Origin: a virus
Lineage: Duplodnaviria > Heunggongvirae > Uroviricota > Caudoviricetes
Strand: one strand, 5' to 3'
Length of the DNA: 32,011 nt
Virus record (IMG/VR): IMGVR_UViG_2695420503_000024
Coordinates: 1 to 32,011 of that record
Shown here: positions 1 to 8,366 of the stretch, in pieces
How the letters are laid out: every line of letters starts with the position of its first letter
Numbering within the stretch: position 1 is the first letter of the stretch
The notes under the pieces: model-generated
What the model saw: only the letters and a program-made list of their open reading frames with translations
What the model was told of the DNA's origin: nothing
Databases searched by the model: none
Made by a program: the position numbers and the translations under genes

Positions 1-1362
1 ATGTTTAAACCGGAACTCCTTTCCCCGGCGGGAACGCTGAAAAATATGCGTTACGCTTTCGCTTATGGCGCAGATGCTGTTTATGCGGGCCAGCCGCGTT
101 ACTCCCTGCGTGTGCGCAACAACGAATTCAACCACGAAAATCTTCAGCTCGGCATCAATGAAGCCCACGCGCTGGGGAAAAAGTTTTATGTCGTGGTCAA
201 CATTGCACCGCACAACGCCAAGCTGAAAACCTTTATCCGTGACCTGAAACCGGTGGTGGAAATGGGGCCGGATGCGCTGATTATGTCCGATCCAGGGCTG
301 ATTATGCTGGTGCGTGAGCACTTCCCTGAAATGCCGATCCACCTCTCGGTGCAGGCTAACGCCGTAAACTGGGCGACGGTGAAATTCTGGCAGCAAATGG
401 GCCTGACCCGCGTGATCCTCTCTCGCGAGCTGTCGCTGGAAGAGATTGAAGAGATCCGCAATCAGGTGCCGGATATGGAGATCGAGATCTTCGTTCACGG
501 CGCACTGTGCATGGCCTACTCCGGTCGCTGCCTGCTCTCTGGCTATATCAACAAGCGCGATCCGAACCAGGGTACCTGCACCAACGCCTGCCGCTGGGAG
601 TACAACGTCCAGGAAGGGAAAGAAGATGACGTTGGCAACATCGTACACAAGTACGAGCCGATTCCGGTGCAAAATGTTGAGCCGACGCTGGGTATCGGCG
701 CGCCAACCGACAAAGTGTTTATGATCGAAGAAGCCCAGCGTCCGGGCGAGTATATGACCGCGTTTGAAGATGAGCACGGCACTTACATCATGAACTCGAA
801 AGATCTGCGCGCCATCGCCCATGTAGAACGCCTGACCAAAATGGGCGTGCATTCGCTGAAAATCGAAGGCCGTACTAAATCTTTCTACTATTGCGCACGC
901 ACCGCACAGGTTTACCGTAAAGCTATCGATGACGCCGCTGCGGGCAAACCGTTCGATACCAGCCTGCTGGAAACTCTGGAAGGTCTGGCGCATCGTGGCT
1001 ATACCGAAGGTTTCCTGCGTCGTCATACTCACGACGATTATCAGAACTACGAATACGGTTATTCAGTTTCTGACCGCCAGCAGTTTGTTGGTGAGTTTAC
1101 CGGTGAGCGCAAGGGGGACCTCGCGGCGGTAGCGGTGAAAAATAAATTCTCCGTTGGCGACAGCCTTGAGCTGATGACGCCGCAAGGCAACATTAACTTT
1201 ACCCTTGAGCACATGGAAAACGCCAAAGGTGAAGCGATGCCGGTCGCACCAGGCGATGGTTATACTGTGTGGCTCCCGGTCCCGCAGGATCTTGAGCTCA
1301 ATTACGCTCTGCTGATGCGTAATTTCTCCGGGGAAACCACGCGTAACCCACACGGTAAGTGA
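1..1362 (+). CDS. yegQ: U32-family peptidase-like protein YegQ/TrhP (tRNA hydroxylation), complete 453 aa
   Basis: Full-length ORF starting at window base 1; translation matches recalled E. coli YegQ; lies immediately upstream of cyaR as in E. coli. Confidence 0.88.
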   Translation: MFKPELLSPAGTLKNMRYAFAYGADAVYAGQPRYSLRVRNNEFNHENLQLGINEAHALGKKFYVVVNIAPHNAKLKTFIRDLKPVVEMGPDALIMSDPGLIMLVREHFPEMPIHLSVQANAVNWATVKFWQQMGLTRVILSRELSLEEIEEIRNQVPDMEIEIFVHGALCMAYSGRCLLSGYINKRDPNQGTCTNACRWEYNVQEGKEDDVGNIVHKYEPIPVQNVEPTLGIGAPTDKVFMIEEAQRPGEYMTAFEDEHGTYIMNSKDLRAIAHVERLTKMGVHSLKIEGRTKSFYYCARTAQVYRKAIDDAAAGKPFDTSLLETLEGLAHRGYTEGFLRRHTHDDYQNYEYGYSVSDRQQFVGEFTGERKGDLAAVAVKNKFSVGDSLELMTPQGNINFTLEHMENAKGEAMPVAPGDGYTVWLPVPQDLELNYALLMRNFSGETTRNPHGK

Positions 1363-1396
1363 TTAATTTCGATTATTTTTCCCGGATGGAAAATTC

Positions 1397-1439
1397 TTAG
1401 AAACCGATCACATACAGCTGCATTTATTAAGGTTATCAT
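1397..1439 (+). promoter_or_regulatory. Putative cyaR promoter: CRP-like site TTAGA-N6-TCACA (1397-1412) and -10-like TATCAT (1434-1439)
   Basis: Right half-site TCACA is exact, left half matches 3/5; -10-like hexamer sits 7 nt upstream of the sRNA 5' end. CyaR is known to be CRP-activated. Confidence 0.35.
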
Positions 1440-1446
1440 CCGTTTC

Positions 1447-1533
1447 GCTGAAAAACATAACCCATAAAATGCTAGCTGTACCAGGAACCACCTCCTTAGC
1501 CTGTGTAATCTCCCTTACACGGGCTTATTTTTT
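1447..1533 (+). ncRNA. cyaR: CyaR (RyeE) Hfq-dependent small RNA
   Basis: Sequence GCTGAAAAACATAACCCATAAAATGCTAGCTGTACCAGGAACCACCTCCTTAGCCTGTGTAATCTCCCTTACACGGGCTTATTTTTT matches recalled CyaR, including the CCUCCU seed and the terminal hairpin plus U-tract. Confidence 0.85.
1507..1533. repeat. attL core: 27-bp AATCTCCCTTACACGGGCTTATTTTTT, identical to 31508-31534
   Basis: Exact 27-bp direct repeat at both prophage ends; it overlaps the 3' end and terminator of cyaR. Confidence 0.85.
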
Positions 1534-1595
1534 ACGCGTAATACAATGAAATAAAAGGATTTATTTCTGGTCACGTCCACACATTGACCACATCG

Positions 1596-1623
1596 ACAAA
1601 AAAGCCCCTCGACTGAGGGGCTT
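1596..1623 (-). terminator. Rho-independent terminator downstream of ogr
   Basis: Minus-strand hairpin AGCCCCTC-AGTC-GAGGGGCT followed by a T6 run, 12 nt after the ogr stop. Confidence 0.6.
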
Positions 1624-1634
1624 CCTGTTTGTAA

Positions 1635-1853
1635 TTACATCCACATAATTTGCTGCCCTGACGGCAACGGGTGCGGCCTCACGGCGTGGACTTCTCCCGG
1701 CTTCACGATGTATCGCTGTACCGACTCATAAGTGATGAACGTGGCGCTGCAATTCACGTTCTGGCACTGGTGATAACGCTCTTTTGTCGTGTCAGTGATA
1801 TAGCGACTTGTACGCGCATGTGCGGCATGCTGGCATAAAGGACAATGAAACAT
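1635..1853 (-). CDS. ogr: Ogr zinc-finger late-gene transcriptional activator (72 aa)
   Basis: MFHCPLCQHAAHARTSRY...CQNVNC has the Cys4 zinc-finger spacing of P2 Ogr; ATG at 1853 has a GAGG RBS 8 nt upstream. The ORF-track N-terminal extension was rejected. Confidence 0.88.
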   Translation of the reverse strand: MFHCPLCQHAAHARTSRYITDTTKERYHQCQNVNCSATFITYESVQRYIVKPGEVHAVRPHPLPSGQQIMWM

Positions 1854-1934
1854 CGCGAGCACCTCTTCCGGTTTTGTTGATGGTGCCATTTTAGTTAATT
1901 TATCCTTATAAAACAAACAGATAAAATAAAAACA

Positions 1935-3098
1935 TCACTCATCATCTTCTGTTTCGTACTCCACATCAGAAAGCCTGACCTCAAGCTCCAGGGACGTCGT
2001 GAAGCCGCTATTATTCAGAAAATGTGTCACCTTAGTGATTGTCCAGTCCTGCTCGTCTATGACGCGCTTAAAGCCTGATACTTTGACCGGCGTTTCCGTG
2101 TAAATATCTGCACGACCGGTAGCCAGGATGATGGAGAACTCCGCAACGCCCCGTTGCAGTTTATCCCACTTCGCCTGAGCGGCGCGCATGGCCTGCGCTT
2201 TCGTGGCATATACCGTGGTCAGGGCAAAAACGTTATCAGCCTCACCGGCCATGTATTCACCTTCGCGCGCTTCCGGTACTTTAGGCGCTTTCTTCTGCCT
2301 GACCGGTTTCGCTTTCGGGTGCTCCAGTGCGCGCAGGTGTTTTTCTTTCTTTTTGCGTTTCAGTTTTACCTTCTGCTTTTGCGGTTTCGGGTCTTTGGTG
2401 TGTAACCACTTTGCTGTTACGCCGGTATAGGCTCCACGGTCAGCAATCGCAAAATGATGGCGGTCGCCGTCACTGCGGGTGATGGTAATCTGCGGGATTT
2501 TTTTACCGCTGGCCGTCACCCCCTGCCCCGCTTTGAGAAACAACAGTTTTCCCATTTTTACCGACACCTCACCGCCGTTGCGTTCTGCAAGACGGGTCAG
2601 GAATTTTGCATCAGACTCCTGCGACTGGTCGATGTGCGGAATTTTAATTCCGGCCAGTGACGGCGCGACACTGGCTTCCAGCCTGTTACGGGAGGCTATC
2701 GCCTCAACAATCGCACCGAGCGTGGTGTCATGCCAGGAGCCTTCACGGCGGGAATTGAGCGTGCCACGAAAATCTGCACTCCGGGCGCGGATGGTGACCA
2801 CATCCGGCGCGCCCCGGTGTTCAACCTCATCAACGGTAAATTTCCCTTTGCATACCAGGGCAAAACCTTTCCAGCCGATATACACCGTCAGGACAGCGCC
2901 ACGAACCGGCAGCCCGACCTGCCCGTCGGCATCGTTCAGTTCAATATCAAGCTGGTCAGCCTCAAAGCCCCGGTTATCCGTCAGGGTCATGCTCATCAGA
3001 CGGTCGCTGATATTGCCGGTAATATCCCTGCTGTCGAGCATCAGCATGTAATCCGGTGTCAGCGTACTGCCTGCATCAAATGTCAGTGCATCCAGCAT
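1935..3098 (-). CDS. D: Tail protein gpD (387 aa)
   Basis: Length and position match P2 gpD; ATG verified at 3098. Confidence 0.85.
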   Translation of the reverse strand: MLDALTFDAGSTLTPDYMLMLDSRDITGNISDRLMSMTLTDNRGFEADQLDIELNDADGQVGLPVRGAVLTVYIGWKGFALVCKGKFTVDEVEHRGAPDVVTIRARSADFRGTLNSRREGSWHDTTLGAIVEAIASRNRLEASVAPSLAGIKIPHIDQSQESDAKFLTRLAERNGGEVSVKMGKLLFLKAGQGVTASGKKIPQITITRSDGDRHHFAIADRGAYTGVTAKWLHTKDPKPQKQKVKLKRKKKEKHLRALEHPKAKPVRQKKAPKVPEAREGEYMAGEADNVFALTTVYATKAQAMRAAQAKWDKLQRGVAEFSIILATGRADIYTETPVKVSGFKRVIDEQDWTITKVTHFLNNSGFTTSLELEVRLSDVEYETEDDE

Positions 3099-3577
3099 TA
3101 TCCCGCCCCCGTCATACCTATGAATTTAGTCGCCATACTGCCAGCTTTACCGATGAGCGATTCCGCCTGTTTACCGATATCGCCATAAAGCGCGGCCAGT
3201 GATTCATCAACGCGGGTGAGCGACAGCGTAAAATCAATTTTCCGGGGTGTGCCGTCTGCAAAGAAAATACTCCCTGTTTCACTCACCCTGCTGATGACAT
3301 ACATGCCGTAAATCATGCCGGTGCCATCCAGCAACGGCCACGCCCGGCCTTCATCTGCCATCAGCCTGAGCGTGGTCATCGTCAGCTTTCCGCCGGTCAG
3401 TTCGGGATAAAGCACACCGGCAAGCGTGATGTTTTCCTCGCCAACACCGAGAAACTGAAAGGCATCCCGTTTACCGATACGGGAATTTGACGGCCAGCGA
3501 TAATCTGATTCACGCTGCATGGTCTGGTGTGGCAGCGTCTGGCGCATAAAAACAAACATACCTAACGCGAGCATCAT
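3098..3577 (-). CDS. U: Tail protein gpU (159 aa)
   Basis: Synteny and length match P2 gpU; stop overlaps the D start. Confidence 0.85.
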   Translation of the reverse strand: MMLALGMFVFMRQTLPHQTMQRESDYRWPSNSRIGKRDAFQFLGVGEENITLAGVLYPELTGGKLTMTTLRLMADEGRAWPLLDGTGMIYGMYVISRVSETGSIFFADGTPRKIDFTLSLTRVDESLAALYGDIGKQAESLIGKAGSMATKFIGMTGAG

Positions 3578-3591
3578 TTTTCGTCACCTCC

Positions 3592-6039
3592 TTAACCGTC
3601 ATGCATCATGCTGGCACGGGCGCGCGCACGTTTATCCCGCTCGTATTTTTCGAGCGCATCCTGTAACTGGCGGTCAAGCTGTGTCCCCGGCGCAGTACCA
3701 CCCGTCAGGCTGATGTGATATTCGTTTTTACTCTGGTCCACATAAGAGCGGCCAGCCGGTGCCGTAACCGGCTGATAAGCCTGATAACCTGCATAAGAGC
3801 TGGTCGCCGGAATATAACCACCGGTGCCATACGTGGCGGCATGAGTTCTGGCGGCGGTCTGGTCAAGTGTGTCTGACTCTTTGTTGATAACACCGAGTTT
3901 TTCCAGTACCCAGTCAATACCGCTGCGCAGTTTGTTGAACGCATTAAGCGGCAGCATCAGCGCGTCAGCCAGTGCCTGCCCGAACATGACGCCCGTGTCA
4001 CGGCAACGGTTCAGGGTGTCCTGGGTGGCTTTGACCGGGGCAATCAGGTTTTTAAACCACTGCCACGCGGCCTGTAACTTTTCACCCAGCCAGTTAAACA
4101 GCGGCTTAAGTGGCGTGAACAGTTCCCCCACCGGCGCAAATGCCGCTTTCAGCCCTTCAACCACACCGCCAAAGAATGCGCTGACAGGCTCCCAGTATTT
4201 ACGGATAAGCAACGCCCCGGCGACAATGGCAGCCACCACGGCCACAACCGGCCAGCTAATCGCACTGATGGCCGTCATAACGGCACTACCAACCGTCGTG
4301 AAGATTGCCCCCATTGCGCCTGCTGCCGCGATAATGGCATTGATGCCGGTGATAACCGGCCAGGCTACGAGGCCAATGGCACCGATGACACCAGTCAGCG
4401 CCAGTGCACCACCGACAATGATGCCGATGGTTGACGCCAGTGATTTGTTTTTCTGTATCCAGCCGTCGAGTTTTAACACATACTTTGTGGCCGTCTGCGT
4501 GAGCTTACGCAGTGCGCCTTCCTGCTGGTCAAACAGGTCAGTCCCCACCGCCTCATAAGCGGACTGAAACTCCTTAAAGTCACCGCCGAGGTTGTCCTGC
4601 ATGATATTTACCAGCTCAGCGGTCTTTCCGTCTGAGGCTTTAAACGCAGCGGTCAGTTTGTCCAGCTTTCCGGTTGACGCGGCAGTCATCAGCACAGCGG
4701 CGGCTGAGCTGGCCTCCTCCCCGAAAATGGTTTTCATGTATTCGGCCTGCTGGGCAGTACCGAGCCGGTTTTTCTCAAAACTGGCCTGCATTTCTTTCAG
4801 AATGGTAAATACTGGTCGGGTGTTTCCCTTGCTGTCTGAGGTTTTCACACCAAGCTCTTTCAGTGCATCCCACGCTTTTCCCGTCGGTGCCTGCAGGCGG
4901 CTTAACACGGCACGGCTTCCCGTCCCCGCCATTGAGCCTGTGATTTTTGCATCATGCAGCGCCCCGACCATTGCGGCGGTTTCTTCAATGCTGACACCGG
5001 CATTTTTTGCCACAGGTGCGGCATAGGTCAGCGCATCGCTCATGCCGTCAAAATCGGCGGCGGTTTTGTTCATCGTCATGGAGAGAACATCCCCGATATG
5101 AGCGACCTTATCGTTTGAAAGCTGAAAGGCGGATTTCATCCCCATCAGCAGGGCGGCGTTTTCTTCCATCGTGCGGCGGTTCGCCAGCGCCATATTCAGC
5201 GTGACCGGCGTTGCCGCCTGAATGGCATCAACATCCCCACCCGCTTTCGCGATGATTATCTGTGCACCGGCCGCATCATCCGCTGAGGCGGCGGTATTGT
5301 CGCCGAGCTGGCGCGCCTGTTTGCGTAGTGCTGCCATTTCGGCGGAATCTTTTGCCACACCGAGCACGGCCTGTAATTCTGAGTTTTTCTGCGCAAACTC
5401 ATAACCGGGCATCAGTAGCTTAACACCGGCCATCGTTCCCGCCGCCGCAATCCCCACACCGGCAGCGCCCACTGAGGCCATATTTCCGGCCAGTTCCTTT
5501 CCGGCCTGATAACGCTGTTTGACTGCGTTAAGTTTTGCCTGTTGCTCACTGACACGCGCCAGCGCATCACGCTGACGGTTAAGCTGTGCGGTGGTTTCAC
5601 TGATACGGTTTTTCAGTCCCTGCTCATCATGTGCAAGATTGCGGGTATTAATTCCCACAACGGCCAGTTCCCGCTGCTGGCGTTTAACGGAATCCGTCAG
5701 GCGGTTATATTTCGCCTGTAAGTCCTCCGCCGCTCGCTTTGCTGATTCCAGCACTTTCGCCTGAGCACGGGTCGGACGTTCGGTGTTTTTAAACTGTGTG
5801 GCAAGGGCTTCGGCTTCCAGCCGTGCCTTTTCAAGTGCATGACCAGTCACGGCGAGCTGTGCACTGGTCTTGCGAAATCCCTCAATACGGGACACCTGAC
5901 CGTTCAGCTCGCGCAGTGATTTTTGTGTTTCCCGGATATCCCCCGACAGCGATTTGCTCGCTGTGCGGATGGATTTAAACGGGCGGGATGCCTGGTCAAC
6001 AGCCCTGAGCAATACCTGTAATTTTACATTGTTACTCAT
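3592..6039 (-). CDS. T: Tail tape measure protein gpT (815 aa)
   Basis: Long Ala/Gly-rich coiled-coil protein with a central hydrophobic segment; same length as P2 gpT. Confidence 0.88.
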   Translation of the reverse strand: MSNNVKLQVLLRAVDQASRPFKSIRTASKSLSGDIRETQKSLRELNGQVSRIEGFRKTSAQLAVTGHALEKARLEAEALATQFKNTERPTRAQAKVLESAKRAAEDLQAKYNRLTDSVKRQQRELAVVGINTRNLAHDEQGLKNRISETTAQLNRQRDALARVSEQQAKLNAVKQRYQAGKELAGNMASVGAAGVGIAAAGTMAGVKLLMPGYEFAQKNSELQAVLGVAKDSAEMAALRKQARQLGDNTAASADDAAGAQIIIAKAGGDVDAIQAATPVTLNMALANRRTMEENAALLMGMKSAFQLSNDKVAHIGDVLSMTMNKTAADFDGMSDALTYAAPVAKNAGVSIEETAAMVGALHDAKITGSMAGTGSRAVLSRLQAPTGKAWDALKELGVKTSDSKGNTRPVFTILKEMQASFEKNRLGTAQQAEYMKTIFGEEASSAAAVLMTAASTGKLDKLTAAFKASDGKTAELVNIMQDNLGGDFKEFQSAYEAVGTDLFDQQEGALRKLTQTATKYVLKLDGWIQKNKSLASTIGIIVGGALALTGVIGAIGLVAWPVITGINAIIAAAGAMGAIFTTVGSAVMTAISAISWPVVAVVAAIVAGALLIRKYWEPVSAFFGGVVEGLKAAFAPVGELFTPLKPLFNWLGEKLQAAWQWFKNLIAPVKATQDTLNRCRDTGVMFGQALADALMLPLNAFNKLRSGIDWVLEKLGVINKESDTLDQTAARTHAATYGTGGYIPATSSYAGYQAYQPVTAPAGRSYVDQSKNEYHISLTGGTAPGTQLDRQLQDALEKYERDKRARARASMMHDG

Positions 6040-6459
6040 TCGTGTTTCCGCTTCGCCGGAGCGCCTTTTCGCGCCATGTGATGAGTTCGGTCAGGCTCAT
6101 GGGATACAGTTCTGATGGCGGCCAGTGAAATATCACTGCCACATCCGCCATCAGGTCATCGACCGACAGATTTTTTGGAAACGTCACTGCACCGAGTTCG
6201 GCGACAAAAAACCGACCACCTTACCGGCCAGCGCCACAAGGTCAGGCAGTTCCAGCGCGGCGACTTCCTGCTCGGTCAGCATCGGTGCCGTCATGCGCGG
6301 CAGCACCTTAATCAGTGCATCGACTTCGGAGTTCGCGACCGCTGCCAGACTGACACCGCGCAGCGTCCCGGCGTTAGGTTTCATCAGCGTGACCTGTTCG
6401 ATGACCTGCTCACCACGCTTGACCGGATTGTCCAGGGTAATGACATTTTCTTTGTTCAT
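6032..6459 (-). CDS. E+E': gpE+E' tail assembly chaperone made by -1 programmed frameshift (~142 aa)
   Basis: Translating by hand after a -1 slip at T_TTT_TTG (minus strand 6211-6205) gives an open frame ...VAELGAVTFPKNLSVDDLMADVAVIFHWPPSELYPMSLTELITWREKALRRSGNTNE ending at TAA 6034-6032, which overlaps the T start. Confidence 0.7.
6184..6459 (-). CDS. E: Tail assembly chaperone gpE (91 aa, zero-frame product)
   Basis: ORF ends ...GFLSPNSVQ; the slippery heptamer sits 7 codons before the stop. Confidence 0.85.
   Translation of the reverse strand: MNKENVITLDNPVKRGEQVIEQVTLMKPNAGTLRGVSLAAVANSEVDALIKVLPRMTAPMLTEQEVAALELPDLVALAGKVVGFLSPNSVQ
6205..6211 (-). other. Slippery heptamer T_TTT_TTG for the E/E+E' -1 frameshift
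   Basis: Minus-strand GGT TTT TTG encodes G-F-L of gpE; this matches the motif known from P2 and lambda G/GT-type tail chaperones. Confidence 0.7.
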
Positions 6460-6515
6460 GGTTTTCTCACTTCTGAATCAGGGTTAACCGGTCAGCCTGG
6501 CTGACCGGATGAAAA

Positions 6516-7034
6516 TCACAGGCCGATATTGCGGCGGTGTTGCTCCAGCCGGTCGACGCCGTTCACCTTCTCAATCATGTTGATGGTGTCGATTTCGACC
6601 AGCTCCTTACCGTCCATCGTCAGCCGGAAATAGGTGCAGACCACGGAGATTTTCGACTCGGTGTCTTCTCCCTGTTTACCCTCGCCGGTGTCGATTTCTT
6701 TCTGACGTCCACGCATGACCACTTCGACGGCCACCGTTTCGCCGGTATCGTCGCGCTGGTAAGAGCCTGCAAAACGAATCGGCACGGCATCCACACCGGT
6801 TGCGGCGTAAAGCTCCCAGATAACCGAATCCGGGAAGCCACCGAGCGACCACTCCATTGACAGCGCATCGTCATCAAGGCCGAGGTCTACCGGTGCGCTG
6901 CCGTTCATCCCCGCACCGCGATAGTTTTCGAGCTTACGGGTCAGTTTTGGTAGCGTGACGGACTTCGCGACGCCCTGATAGCTGTAGCCGTTCAGAAAGA
7001 CGTTCATTAACTTGAGTTTGCGCGGCATTGCCAT
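6516..7034 (-). CDS. FII: Tail tube protein gpFII (172 aa)
   Basis: MAMPRKLKLMNVFLNGYSYQG... and length match P2 FII. Confidence 0.88.
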   Translation of the reverse strand: MAMPRKLKLMNVFLNGYSYQGVAKSVTLPKLTRKLENYRGAGMNGSAPVDLGLDDDALSMEWSLGGFPDSVIWELYAATGVDAVPIRFAGSYQRDDTGETVAVEVVMRGRQKEIDTGEGKQGEDTESKISVVCTYFRLTMDGKELVEIDTINMIEKVNGVDRLEQHRRNIGL

Positions 7035-7046
7035 CGGTCAGGCTCC

Positions 7047-8237
7047 TTAATTGCTGTTAACCGAGGTGACCAGATTTGCCAGGTATTTATCGGTAATACG
7101 CTGTCGCAGGGTCAGGTTTTCAAGAGGAGGCACCGGTGTATAGTCGTAGTCGATATACAGTTTTCCGGCCTTGAGGGTTTCCGCATCGTTGGATTCTTCG
7201 CTGAACCAGCAGGTCGCATCCACGATATAGCCGTTTGTTTTCAGCTCACGGAATTTGGCATTGATGCCGTCAACGATGTCGCGAATCAGCGTTACAGTGA
7301 TGGGCTTGTCCACCGCCCACATGTGCGCCTCAGCCATCGTGTCGGCCAGCACCTGCGCGGTGCGGGTGTAGTTTTCAAAGAGGAACAGCGGGTCATCCGA
7401 GCAGGTACGGTTACCCCAGAAGCGGAAACCGTCACGGCGAATCAGCGTTGTGACACCTGACTCGTTCAACAGGTCAGCATCGGTGCCGGACTCCTGCAAA
7501 TCCCAGAATACAGAGGCACTGATGCCGGTAACACCGTTCACCCCGACGTTGGACAGCGTTTTATGCCAGCCCTGCTCCTGGTCGATTTTAGCGCGCAGCC
7601 CCAGCGCACGGGCGGTGGCATACGCGGTGGCGGTGGTGCTGCTGACCGTATCCCATGCGAGGAAATCCGGCCAGATGACCATCAGCTCACGCTGGCTGAA
7701 ATTCTGGCGGTAGGCTTTCACCTCGGAAATGGTTTTACAGCCCCATGCGCTGATATACCCGAAAGCGCGCAGCTTCTGACAGACTGATGCCAGTGTAACA
7801 GCCACCTCTTTGGTGTCCAGTCCCGGCACGCCGAGAATACGCGGTTTAACACCGGTTACCGATTCCGCCGCCAGCAGGGCTTTCAGTCCGGTGTACTGAC
7901 CGTTTTCGTCGGTGGTGCCGATGATATTGGAAACGGTCTGCGCGAGTTTCGTTTCTTCGTCTTCGCCGGTGCCGTCTTCCACACGGACGACAACGGTGAC
8001 CGGTTTTGACTGGTCAGCGATGGCCTGTAACGACGCCGCCAGCGTGCCTTTTTTACCGGCCTTTGCAATTGCGCTCTGCACATTGGTAATCAGCACCGGT
8101 TTATTGAGGGGGAAGATTTCCGCATCCGCATCGCTGGCCGTGCAGACCATGCCGACAATGGCGGTGGATACGGTGGAAATGACGCGGGTGCCGTCGTTAA
8201 TCTCCAGCACCTGCACGCCGTGATGATAGTCACTCAT
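7047..8237 (-). CDS. FI: Tail sheath protein gpFI (396 aa)
   Basis: Synteny and length match P2 FI. Confidence 0.88.
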   Translation of the reverse strand: MSDYHHGVQVLEINDGTRVISTVSTAIVGMVCTASDADAEIFPLNKPVLITNVQSAIAKAGKKGTLAASLQAIADQSKPVTVVVRVEDGTGEDEETKLAQTVSNIIGTTDENGQYTGLKALLAAESVTGVKPRILGVPGLDTKEVAVTLASVCQKLRAFGYISAWGCKTISEVKAYRQNFSQRELMVIWPDFLAWDTVSSTTATAYATARALGLRAKIDQEQGWHKTLSNVGVNGVTGISASVFWDLQESGTDADLLNESGVTTLIRRDGFRFWGNRTCSDDPLFLFENYTRTAQVLADTMAEAHMWAVDKPITVTLIRDIVDGINAKFRELKTNGYIVDATCWFSEESNDAETLKAGKLYIDYDYTPVPPLENLTLRQRITDKYLANLVTSVNSN

Positions 8238-8330
8238 CCGTTTAACTCCGTGGTTAATGGGTGCAACTATTTTCTGTTGGGCAGTGCATGAGACGCTATT
8301 TGACCTGGCTGGTCAGGGGATGAAACAACA

Positions 8331-8360
8331 GATAAAGAAAAGGCGGGCAATTCGCCCGCC
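8331..8360 (-). terminator. Candidate rho-independent terminator separating the variable locus from the FI operon
   Basis: Minus-strand hairpin GGCGGGC-GAATT-GCCCGCC followed by TTTTCTTTATC. Confidence 0.5.
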
Positions 8361-8366
8361 TGTCCT

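Noticed and set aside
1507-1533. tRNA gene as the integration target
   Set aside because: No cloverleaf or T-loop (GGTTCGAATCC-like) sequence at either junction; the target is clearly the CyaR sRNA 3' end.
1635-1916. N-terminal extensions given in the ORF track for ogr, X (17593), L (18093), O (20932), P (21010), C (29928), A (27891) and several small ORFs
   Set aside because: The extended starts are non-ATG codons (TTG or GTG) or lack an RBS, whereas an internal ATG with a good Shine-Dalgarno gives exactly the P2 protein length.
2479-3051. Long plus-strand ORFs overlapping minus-strand phage genes (for example 2479-3051, 3869-4558, 10729-11349, 18130-18729, 12485-13096), and likewise minus-strand ORFs inside P (21067-21777, 22291-22740)
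   Set aside because: These are antisense shadow ORFs inside high-GC coding regions that are fully accounted for by syntenic, correctly sized P2 homologs on the other strand; they have no RBS and Arg/Pro/Ser-rich low-complexity translations.
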